A DNA stretch of 63,596 nt, filler included, from Stramenopiles sp. TOSAG23-6 (lineage: Eukaryota): the NCBI GenBank assembly GCA_900128565.1. It is 14 parts of 14 records of this genome, joined end to end, with 100 filler letters (N's around TTAATTAATTAA, not from the genome) between each part and the next. Parts side by side here need not be neighbours in the genome. Positions count along the whole stretch, not along the records: positions 6,476 to 12,850 come from LT636709.1; positions 12,951 to 19,323 come from LT636710.1; positions 19,424 to 25,791 come from LT636711.1; 11 more parts are not named here. One strand, given 5' to 3'. Numbering within the stretch: position 1 is the first letter of the stretch; every line of letters begins with the position of its first letter. Below the pieces are notes generated by a model. That model saw nothing but the letters and a program-made list of their open reading frames with translations, was not told the DNA's origin and did no database searches. A program made the translations under genes and the position numbers. Positions 11,363 to 21,400 of the stretch are shown here, in pieces.

Positions 11363-12843
11363 TCACATATCAATCCCTTTCGATCTTCGTTTTTTTTGCA
11401 TCACAGGAGAATCTGGAGCAACTGGAGCAGCACTTGCTGGAAGAGACACAGGAATGGCAACATCATTAGATATTCTCGCATCTTCCGCAGGTAGAGCAAC
11501 GGCAACAGCGTCCATTCCTTTTCGATTTGAAAGATTTTTGTTAGAGTTATTTATTTTCTTCTTGGATGAATTTTCTTCTGCATGAATTTGTCCAACTATT
11601 AATGCAGTTGCTTTCTGAATATCATTGCCAACAAGTGATAATGCTTCAGCACATGCTTCTGAGGGGAAGCCCATGCCAACCATTTCGTTTAGTTTGCGTT
11701 GATCAGGTTCAACTTTTTCATTGTTTTGGTCCATTTTGTCTATTTCACCTAGATCACACATTGATTGAAATTGTTCGCGAACTCCTTCTTTAGATATAGA
11801 AATGATTTCACCTCTGTTTGCCTCAATAATTTTCAATCGCCGACGATCATCTGCTGATACGGATCCCGCACGGACTCGATATCCTGCTTTATAACTAACA
11901 CCTCCAGCTTTTCCAGCATTCAATAAAATATTCATTCGATCTTGATCAACTTCTTCACCTTCTTCTAAATTTGATGTGCCTTGTTCAGGAAATGCAACAA
12001 AAAATAACTCCATCATTGAAAAACCAGGAGGTACAGGTGGTGGTAAACCATTTAGTTCATATGTCTTCTTTGCCTCACGATAATTTTTCAATGCCTTCAC
12101 ACGAGCGTTAAGAATAATCTGCGCAGCCCACATCATTAAAACTACAATACCATAGGCAATACCCAAAGCAATCAATGAAGTAGACAGAGATTTAACTACA
12201 GCAAGTACCCACTCAGTGTATTCTTGAGTGGATCCACTAAAGCTTACATAGGAAGATAAATTTTGTATTTCTATTTCAGTTTGATTTTGTAATTTTTTAG
12301 AAATGTCTTCTGCAGTAATAAAAATATAAATACCACTTGAGAGAAGTAGTAGTGTAATAACACCACCAATATATTTACACACTCGAAGCACCCGTGATGA
12401 ACGAGCAATCGACCCAAATGTTGAAATGACTGCATTTACCACGAGAAGTGCTAATGGTACAATCGCAATAAATGGCAACCATTGTGGTAATTTTGTTAAT
12501 ATACAAAATATTTCTCTCATATAATTTGCATATTGTAATAAAAGACATGTATTTTGGAAAAATATTTCAATTTTTTTTTTTTAAGGGTTAGGTACAAAAT
12601 TTTTATAAAAACCAAAAAATTTTACCGAAAAAAAAAAAATAAAATAAAACATACATCCAACTGTTACAATAAAAATATTTGCCATGAACGCAAAATTTAA
12701 TTGAAGCGCTTTAAATCCTAAAATTATTCCTGTGCAAATTGATCCAGCGAGAACTGTTCCAATAGTAAAACCAATTGTACTAAAGAAACATGTGGAGAAT
12801 ATAGGTTGCGATTTCATTTCACTCCATGCCTGATCAAACGTCG
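11363..12843 (-). CDS. Multi-pass membrane protein with C-terminal UBA domain (5' truncated); intron 12547-12654
   Basis: Several TM segments; UBA-like LNEMVGMGFP..AC.EAL..VGNDIQKATALI; intron removal joins VTVG-CLLLQYANY-MREIF in frame. Confidence 0.7.
12547..12654 (-). mobile_element. Introner-like intron, GT...AT
   Basis: GTATGTTTT...GTACCTAAC...CCAAAATAC-AT; joins two ORFs in frame. Confidence 0.85.
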
Positions 12844-12950
12844 TGTATTTNNNNNNNNNNNNNNNNNNNNNNNNNNNNNNNNNNNNNNNNNNNNTTAATT
12901 AATTAANNNNNNNNNNNNNNNNNNNNNNNNNNNNNNNNNNNNNNNNNNNN

Positions 12951-13080
12951 ACTTGTACATCTTTATTCATACTCTCTGACTGTGGATATAATTCTGGTAC
13001 TTGTACATCTTTATGCATACTCTCTGACTGTGAATATAATTCTGGTACTTGTACATCTTTATGTGAACTCTGTGGATATA
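12951..13080. repeat. Coding tandem repeat, 48-bp unit
   Basis: LY(P/S)QSESM(H/N)KDVQVPE repeats running into the gap. Confidence 0.8.
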
Positions 13081-14560
13081 AACTCGACAATCCTTTAAAG
13101 TTTGGTGTATTTCCGTTTCCAAAACTTGTTCCAAAAGAATTTACATTTCCGTTTCCAAAAGAATTTCCATAATTGAAAAGATTCTGGTTGAGCGATTTGT
13201 TTTCAATCTTAGTCTTGAGTTTATTTTCTGTAGCTCTGAGACGCATCTTAGGCGCGACACCATCCTCAATGTTTTTACGATAAATATCCATTGGGGCAAC
13301 TTCTGTTGTATTCTTTATTACTTCTGGGTTTTTGAAACTTACAGCTGCTGGAATACCTAAAGCTTCTTTTGGAACTTTCCCTAGAGTTTGTGATTTTTTT
13401 GTATTGTTTATTACTTCTGGGTTTTTGAAACTTACAGCTGCTGGAATACCTAAAGCTTCGTTTGGGATTTTCCCTAGAGTTTGTGATTTTTTTGTATTCT
13501 TTATTACTTCTGGGGTTTTGAAACTTACAGCTGCTGGAATACCTAAAGCTTCTTTTGGAATAGTTGGGTTATTCTTGATGGTACTTTTATGTTTTCGTGT
13601 TTCAGTTGTTTCAGTAGTTTCTAAAAAGCCGGCAGCTATTGGTGTTTTAAATCTAGGCGATGTGTCATTATTTCCAAGAGTATTTCCAGTGTCTATTTTC
13701 ACTGACTGTACCGCTTTAGTAGAAGTGTTTGGATTGTTGGGATTACTAGGGCTAGTGTTTTGTGGATATGGTTGATATTCACCTAATCCAGTACCTGCAA
13801 CCTTTTGAGCAGAGGGTATGCCTGCACGAAGTAGTAGTGAATCTGAATCGTCCATACCCATTGACTGATATGGACGTTGTATTTTGCTTTCTTTATTCTT
13901 GTCTTGTTGCTGACCATTATTAGTGGAAATGTCTGCCAGAGATTTAGTTTTTATATTTTGATCTGGTAAGGATGACGTTTGAGTTTTGGATGTTTTACCT
14001 AACGTACCATATGTCATTTGCGAAATATGAAATAATGCTTTCTTTACGACTTCTTTTGCATGAATTCCTAGCCAATTCCAATCCTCAACCTTCGAGCCAT
14101 TATCAGTTATATTATTAGGGTTAATAGTAATAGCACTCTCCGGATTAATATTCGCAGCAATCTGTGTATTTTCCGTATCCATTGTGTTCATCGCCATCGC
14201 GTCCATCGGTTGTTTATTTTGATTTGGAGAACTTGGAGAACGAGATATATCTGGGTAACCTGTTCCTGCTGTTTGGGCTGTTTGTGGATTCGTCGCTACA
14301 GTTCCCATTGATCCATGTTCCACATTATTCATGGGCGTTGTTGGATACTCTATTGGTGGTGGTTGAAACACATATGGTACAGACGTAGCAGTATCTGGAT
14401 AACCAGTACCTGCTGGCCGTTGACTAACTTCCGTGGCATAGGGCGGAAAGGGCAAAGGTGAAATTGGTATACTTTTTTTATGTCTTCTTGCATAGACATT
14501 TTGTTGTAATGTTGTGAATAATAGAAATAATGTTGTGAGTATCTGCATTCTTTGCTTCAT
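12951..14560 (-). CDS. Secreted low-complexity repeat protein (3' truncated)
   Basis: Signal peptide; P/T/N-rich; 31-aa and 16-aa tandem repeats. Confidence 0.7.
13318..13559. repeat. Coding tandem repeat, 93-bp unit, about 2.6 copies
   Basis: PKEALGIPAAVSFK(T/N)PEVI.NT repeated three times. Confidence 0.85.
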
Positions 14561-14835
14561 GAATAGTTATCTAACTTCAATCGCAAATCGACTATAGATC
14601 TTATTCTCTCGATCCCCCAAGTAGTTCTCTTCTTCTTTCTTTTGTTTGTTTCGTTCCTGTGCGAAACATTCAAAAATCCTCTCAAGCAAAATCATGTTTG
14701 TTCCAATATTCGGCGCTTTTTGGAAATAGTAACTGCCGCGGAGACTTTCTCAAGAAAAGTCTTGTCCTGCTGGTACTGCTGAAAGATTTAACTGGAAGGA
14801 CAAAGTAATTACGTGCTTCATTGATAGAGGTAATA

Positions 14836-16481
14836 ATGAGTAAACGTGGGACAAATCAGACCGATGCTGTCACAGGAGATGGCCGAGACATAGAAAATGA
14901 TATCGCAAAATTACGGAAAGCGAATAAAGCACTGCGTCAACAAATGAAAGAATTGACAAACGCACTTCACGAATTAGCACTCAGTGACAAAGCTGCAAAC
15001 TCTAGTGAAATCCGTAAACTGGAACAAGCACACCGCAGTAAAGAAAAACAGATCCGTACATGTCTCAAAAAGATTAAAATTTACAAAATAGGCAACAAAA
15101 AGCTCAAGGCACAAGTGGATGCTTGCGTGGGTGATGACAAGTTGGTAGCAGTGGAAGTCCGGATTGCTGAAAAACAAGAAGAAATCAGAAAATTAAAACA
15201 GGAAAATAAATCTTTCATTTTCAAACAACGAGTGCTAGAAAAACGATTAGATGAATTAGAGTCAATGCAAGGTGATTGGCCTAATAAAATCAAAATGTTG
15301 ACAAAGGATATCGCCGTGTATGTTTTATTTTTTTTCAATTTCGAATTTATTTTTTTTCGTACGAAATTATGTACCTAACAAATTTTTTTTTGAAATATTT
15401 TTCCAAAATACATGTAAGTTTTTTTTCTCATTTTCCTCATTTTCCTCATTTTCACTATAACTTATTTTATTTTTTTGTACCAAATCCTAATTTTTGATAG
15501 TGTTATAAAAAACTGACGAATTCCAAAATATTTTTTTTTTTTTTACAATATATNTATAAAGAGCGTATAAAAAAATGTCGAGCACAGGAATTACGACAGG
15601 AACAAATGGCCGAGCGACAGCTCGTTCAGATGCAGGATTTATCAAAAAAAAACAGTGAACTTCGTGATGAACTTAAAAAACTTGGCTTTGAGGATGATTT
15701 GTATGTTTTTATGATGAACCCTAACCCTAATCAGAGTTATTTTTGTACCTAGTATTTGGTTTTGAGTACCGTTCATATGTATTGTTCATATTCATATTCA
15801 AATTTATTATTTGTTTTTGAGTTTGTACCGTTCATATGTATTGTTCATATTCAAATTTATTATTCAAGTTATTCAAATTTTTATTTAAATGTATTAAAAA
15901 AAATTAGAGCTAATTGCCAACAATTTTTTTTTAAATATTTCTCACAATACTTGGCGAAACGCAAACAGGAAAAAATAAATCGCGAATTGAAATGGAAAAA
16001 GGATAAAAGTCGTTTAGAAAAAGAATTGAGTGAAGTAACAGAGCGACAAAAAAGAGAACGATTGCAGAATACTAGTGAACTAAATGCAAAAATGGCTGAA
16101 ATGAGATCAGTTCAACGTAAAAAAAAGGAATTCGAAAACACACTAAAAGAAAAGGAAAAGGAAGTTCGTATGTACGGTTCCATTATGAATTTCTTTTCTT
16201 TTTCTTACTACGAAAATTCCGTACCTAATGATACTTTCTTTTTTTGAAATATTTCTTCACAGTGCAGGCAAGTTCTTCGATTAAAGCACTTGAAACGTCA
16301 ACTTCGACAACTTGCTCTAGTTCCATCACCAACAGCATCCAGACGCCCACCTCGCAATACTAGTAATTTTAAAAACAATCCTTTTGAAGAAGAGACTCCC
16401 AGCACGGAAGGCGTAAGTCCTACTCAAGACGTCCAACAAGACGAAGAAGAAGAACAAAATGGGGAAATGGATTATTTGTAA
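14836..16481 (+). CDS. Coiled-coil protein, multi-exon (introns 15318-15553, 15701-15952, 16172-16267)
   Basis: Removing these introns gives a continuous coiled-coil frame ...KDIAV|YKERIKK...EDDL|AKRKQE...EVRM|QVLRLKHLKRQLRQ. Confidence 0.75.
15318..15413 (+). mobile_element. Introner-like intron, GT...AT, directly abutting a second intron (15414-15553)
   Basis: Full consensus element followed immediately by GTAAGT. Confidence 0.8.
15701..15952 (+). other. Diverged family intron, GT...TT
   Basis: TT|GTATGTTTT...AAATATTTCTCACAATAC-TT; frame restored; contains an internal duplication and CCCTAA repeats. Confidence 0.75.
16172..16267 (+). mobile_element. Family intron with canonical GT...AG ends
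   Basis: AT|GTACGG...GTACCTAAT...GAAATATTTCTTCACAGTGC-AG; AG occupies the NN position. Confidence 0.8.
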
Positions 16482-16624
16482 AACAGTTTTCTAAATTGTC
16501 ACACTTTTATCACATGATGATATACTATACTGCTACAAATATAATAGAAGAAATAAGTATAGAAAAGTTTATAAATGCCCCTTCTTCTCAACTAATTATT
16601 TGTTATATAATCTATAGCTAACGC

Positions 16625-16933
16625 TCAGTACTTTCCTTTCAATTTAGAGGTCCCAAACCTAATTCTTCTTCTCAAACGACGGCCGACGTGACTACAAGGT
16701 CGACTACCATGATTTGGACGTTTTGCTGCACGTGAATTACGTCCAGTCAATTCAAAAATATAATCTGATAAAGTCTGAATGGTCGCCTGATCTAGAACGA
16801 CAACGTTCTGCTGCTTTTCTTCACGCACGCAGTGCATTGTGCGTGCAGATGCTTCCAACTGAAGTGGTGACAAAGCTGAACGCGGGATCATCCTTCGTGC
16901 CACAAAAGCTGCTCTCATAATACTACTGTTCAT
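16625..16933 (-). CDS. Small basic protein, probably mitochondrion-targeted
   Basis: Transit-peptide-like N-terminus (MRAAFVARRMIPRSALS); Arg-rich C-terminus GRNSRAAKRPNHGSRPCSHVGRRLRRR. Confidence 0.6.
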   Translation of the reverse strand: MNSSIMRAAFVARRMIPRSALSPLQLEASARTMHCVREEKQQNVVVLDQATIQTLSDYIFELTGRNSRAAKRPNHGSRPCSHVGRRLRRRIRFGTSKLKGKY

Positions 16934-17369
16934 TGTAGTGAATGTACTACTATGTAATAAATGACTCAAATGGTGAAGACAAGGACGTAGTGAAGAATGC
17001 ACCAACGAAAGGACTTCTTTGAGTAATATTGCTGCTATGGTGTTTTGTGTGTGTGTTGGAGTAACACGTGCCGTCTGTAGGATTTTTTACAAGATTTCGT
17101 GTTTTCGCAAACGCGGATACCTGGTACCCATTGAAATGCCATTGAAATCATTGAAATGCAGCAAAAGTTTCAAAACTACTTAGTACATTTGAAGATAACA
17201 TTTTTCTTGTGAAATAAACAATTTGATACAGCTCAATTTTATGTTTATCTAAATGTTTATTTATGTTTTATCAGTCTAGTTCAAAAAAAACTTACAAAAA
17301 ACATATAAAAAATACAATGCCTTAACCTTACGAACACATTCGAATAACCCTAACCCTAAACCATAAACC

Positions 17370-18510
17370 CTACACATTCGAATAACCGACAGTGCGATTG
17401 TTAATCAACTTTTGAATATATCGAACTTGGAGATACGTAACAAGTATTACAGTGAAGCTTTCAGCATGTATTGTATAACAATATAAATTACAATTTGAAA
17501 CTTGTGAGTGTTTGTGATGCAAAACAAAGTAAATATGAAATTCATGATGAAAGCAAACATTCAAAAAAAAAAATCATTAGGTACAAAATTTCGTACGAAA
17601 AAAAAATAGGTAAAACGTACAATCGTCCACCAAAAAACATCACGATTATTTTGTTCTTGCACATCTGAGTGATTATCGACTCGCATTCCCATATATTTTG
17701 TAGAGGTATATAGAGTATCTATTTGCCAATTTAATCTGCGTAATACTTCCTTTGTAGGTTCTAAATGTTTTTTTTGCAAGTATTGTACAATAATATTTCA
17801 AAAATTCGATTTTGTTTGTTAGGTACAAAAGTTACTATGAAAAAATTTAGACAAAAAATTGAAATGATAAAAAAATTTTAAAAATCTAAAAAAAAATCTT
17901 AGGTACAAAATTTCGTACGAAAAAAAACCATAAATTCGAAATTGAAATTATTAATAAAAACGTACAAGGTATCTTCTAATGAAGTCGTTGGGTCAATATC
18001 AACCGCAAAAGTCACCCGCTTTAAGGCTCGTGAACCAAAACGGTTCTCAAAACAAAACCTATATACGCCAGCTTGTTTTGCAACAATAGAAAATTTATCC
18101 TCGGAAATGTATAGTTTTGATTCATACATAATATTCTCTTTGGTCGTATCTCCTGGGCCATATGCTTTAATCTTTAAATCTCGATTCCCACCAGCAGTGA
18201 CAAAAAATGCTCCATGAATATCCATTGATTCGAGCGGTTCAGCTTGATATAAAACACCATTAAACAACTGAACATCTTCACTAATACATACATCCTCGCC
18301 ATACGGAATATCAAAAGTTAGAATATGAGACGGAGAAAACCTGGGCTCATGAATATTTCCTGATAACTTTGTTAGGCCATTTATGTCAACTGGGACATGC
18401 TCACCTTGAGGAACTTCTACAAGAGCCGTAGAAGCAGCACTTGCCCCATATAAACGACAACTTAAGCTAAATAGGAACAATACTACTGCGATATTCAATT
18501 GATAGAACAT
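17370..18510 (-). CDS. p24/emp24/TMED family cargo receptor; introns 17778-17965 and 17466-17620
   Basis: Signal peptide, GOLD domain (GVYRFCFEN), coiled coil, NNRDVFWWTI|AESF TM segment, YLQVRYI. Confidence 0.9.
17466..17620 (-). mobile_element. Family intron, GT...AT
   Basis: ATT|GTACG...CAATAC-AT|GCTGAA yields the p24-typical WWTIAE. Confidence 0.85.
17778..17965 (-). mobile_element. Composite family intron, GT...TT
   Basis: Two internal TTTTGTACCTAA motifs; TT duplicated at both junctions; joins EDTL|QKKHLEP. Confidence 0.8.
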
Positions 18511-18760
18511 TTTGTAATCGTTCGATAATTATATATTCTGTATTGCGCCACGGTACGTAATTGAAACTTTTAAAGAAGGCAGGAAGTACAGGGATGATTG
18601 GCACGAGGGTCAAAACAGGACAGAAAAAACACGAAAAACGGTCGTTTCTGTTGTGTCAAAAAATAAACCTGTGAGTGTGACAACCACAAGTAAACCGTAG
18701 TTCAAAGTGCCAAACTTTTCAACAATATTGAATACTCTTTGGGATTGTTTTCATATCAAC

Positions 18761-19236
18761 ATGAAAAATTCCAATCCAAAGTCATCCGATATATCATCAG
18801 AGAAATATAGTATTGCTAATCAAGTAGAACGTTATCAACATCAAAAAAAAACGAATTGTCAGCAGACTTTGAATATTGAAAAACTTTACGACCCATGTAA
18901 CTTTAAAAATAAAAGAGTTCTAATTACAGGAGCTAATCGAGGACTTGGACTTGCACTCACAAAAGCTGTAATAAAAGCCGGTGCTATTGCAGTTGCTGTG
19001 ACTCGTACAAAATCCAGTTCCGCCTTTGACGGCATGAAAGTGGAACAAATTATTTCTGGAATAGATGTTACATTAGATGAAAATGTCTCGATACTAACGA
19101 AGAAGTTAAAAGTTCCTGTTGATATTGTCATTAACAATGCCGGATATTTTTATGGTCCTGTAGAACGTATTACTGAAAACACTCTCAATTTCGAAGAAAT
19201 AAAAAAAATGATTGATATTTGTGCGATTGGACCTTT
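18761..19236 (+). CDS. Short-chain dehydrogenase/reductase, first exon (truncated)
   Basis: VLITGANRGLG and DIVINNAG motifs; family intron starts at 19237. Confidence 0.88.
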
Positions 19237-20139
19237 GTATGTTTTATTTTTTTTTCAAATTCGTTTGTTTTTTCGTACGAAATTTTGTACCTAACAAATT
19301 TTAGTTTTTTTTTTTGAAATATTNNNNNNNNNNNNNNNNNNNNNNNNNNNNNNNNNNNNNNNNNNNNTTAATTAATTAANNNNNNNNNNNNNNNNNNNNN
19401 NNNNNNNNNNNNNNNNNNNNNNNTATTTTCTATCAAACTTTTGTCTTCATACGAAATTTTGTACCTAACAAAAAAATCTTTTTTTTTTTGTTTCATCATG
19501 AATTTCGAATTTATTTATTTTCTGTAACAAATTTTGTATCTAACTAATTTTCAATTTGAGTTTTTTTTTCGCAATACATTCTCCAATAGAATTATGCGAT
19601 ACAAATGTTATAACGGAAAAAGAGGAGCAGTATCAGCTAGTGCACATTTAAAACAAAGATGTGCATCTTTTCGTAATCCGTCAACTGCAAGGCGAAATAT
19701 ATCCCTTGATTTTCCACCAACAAAAGCGAAAAACGAACACGAAAAAGCGGATGAATCAAAAGTCAATACTTTGAAAAAGAATAACCAGAATAACTTGCGA
19801 AGGTCAAGTTTTGCTGTTTAAGTTAGTAGTACGATTTGATGGAGGGTTTCAAAGTGTTTTTGTATTTGAAACTTTTTTTGTAAATTTAAAAGTTTTACCA
19901 AAAAGAATTTATATAAAGTCAGAAAATATTTTTGATTATTATTCATTTTTAATTTAAGAAATTGAAAAATCATAATATCTCACACACGGAAGCACTACAA
20001 AGACTCCAAAAGGCAGTAGCGCTTGAATTCTATATAGAGAATTAACTAGTACAACATTCTAGTTTTTTCTTCGTATATAATCGTATATAATTTATGTACA
20101 TAGGTCAACAGAGTTTTGTACAAAATGTTACTCATTTTT

Positions 20140-21063
20140 TTAAGCAGCATTTGGATATCTAAAGCTTATGTACGCTTTTTTGAACTCATCAAAACCAACC
20201 AACACAAGAGCTCCAGCCATACCGCGGAAGATATTGGCTCCAGCACCTTTAAACATAGCACCAACTCCTTCTTCTTTCAAAATCAAACCAGCACATTGCA
20301 GAGAACTGGTATATTTCATTGCATTAGCACCACCAGAGTTCATCATCATGCGACGACGAATGGTATCGATTGGGTATGCCGCAGTCGATGCAGCAGCAGT
20401 GACGCTGTAACCGAGGAGAAAACGAAGCCAAAATGAATCTGGAATCATGTTGCGACAAGTATCGTAGATACCAAAGTAAAGACCACGATAAGCAATAATC
20501 CCAACACAAGAGACCCAAAAACCGTTGTATACACCTCCTTTACAAAAGACACCTGATTTCTTAGCAGTCTTTGTGATTGTATCAATAAGACCATTGAATT
20601 CACGATCAGCACCTGTACCAACATCAACAGCAAGGCGAGTACGAGCGAAATCAAGTGGATAGACAACCGCGAGGGAAGTGGCACCTGCGGCACCACCAGC
20701 CATTACGTTGTTTAGTAGCTTTATTCCGAACGAAGAATTCTTGTCAGCTCCGAGAAGTTGTTTGAAACCCTTCTTGTAGCGCTCCTTGAACATAAAGTTT
20801 AATGCCTGAGTTGGGAAATAACGCACAACATTGGCAAGGTTACCACGCCAGAAAGAAGCAAAACCTTGCTCTTTTGGGACACGCACAAAGACATCGACGA
20901 TACCTTTGTATGGCCTGGTGATAGCCGCGGACTCTCCTTGATTTTGGAGGAGGAGCTTCACACGCTCGATTGGTGCAGCAGACGTCTTTGCTACAGCTGC
21001 GGCGCAACCAGCAAGCATAAAGTCTTCAATGGCATTTAGTTTGACTTGTTTTTGAGGAGCCAT
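20140..21063 (-). CDS. AAC: Mitochondrial ADP/ATP carrier
   Basis: APIERVKLLLQ, WRGNLANVVRYFPTQALNF, YPLDFARTRLA and the RRRMMM signature; ATG at 21063. Confidence 0.97.
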   Translation of the reverse strand: MAPQKQVKLNAIEDFMLAGCAAAVAKTSAAPIERVKLLLQNQGESAAITRPYKGIVDVFVRVPKEQGFASFWRGNLANVVRYFPTQALNFMFKERYKKGFKQLLGADKNSSFGIKLLNNVMAGGAAGATSLAVVYPLDFARTRLAVDVGTGADREFNGLIDTITKTAKKSGVFCKGGVYNGFWVSCVGIIAYRGLYFGIYDTCRNMIPDSFWLRFLLGYSVTAAASTAAYPIDTIRRRMMMNSGGANAMKYTSSLQCAGLILKEEGVGAMFKGAGANIFRGMAGALVLVGFDEFKKAYISFRYPNAA

Positions 21064-21400
21064 CGTGTGGTGATTGTACTGTGCTCGGTGTGTGTGAGTG
21101 AGTAAGTGAGTGAGTGAGTGGAGGAAAACACCACGAGTTACTTCGAAGAAGCCAGCAGCGATTTCGCTTTGACTGGCACGTGGCACACTGAAAGCAATTT
21201 TCTTCAAACCGTAATTAGGTACACAAATTTCGTACCAGAATATTAGGTATAAAATTTTGTACGAGAAATTTGAATTTCAATTTTTCAGTTTTGAGCTCGA
21301 GTTAGTTTTTGATGGCTTTTTAATAATGATTTCGCGATGATTTGACAAAATTTTTCCAATGATTTAAAAATTTTAGAATAATTCTCTTTAGCCTACTTCA

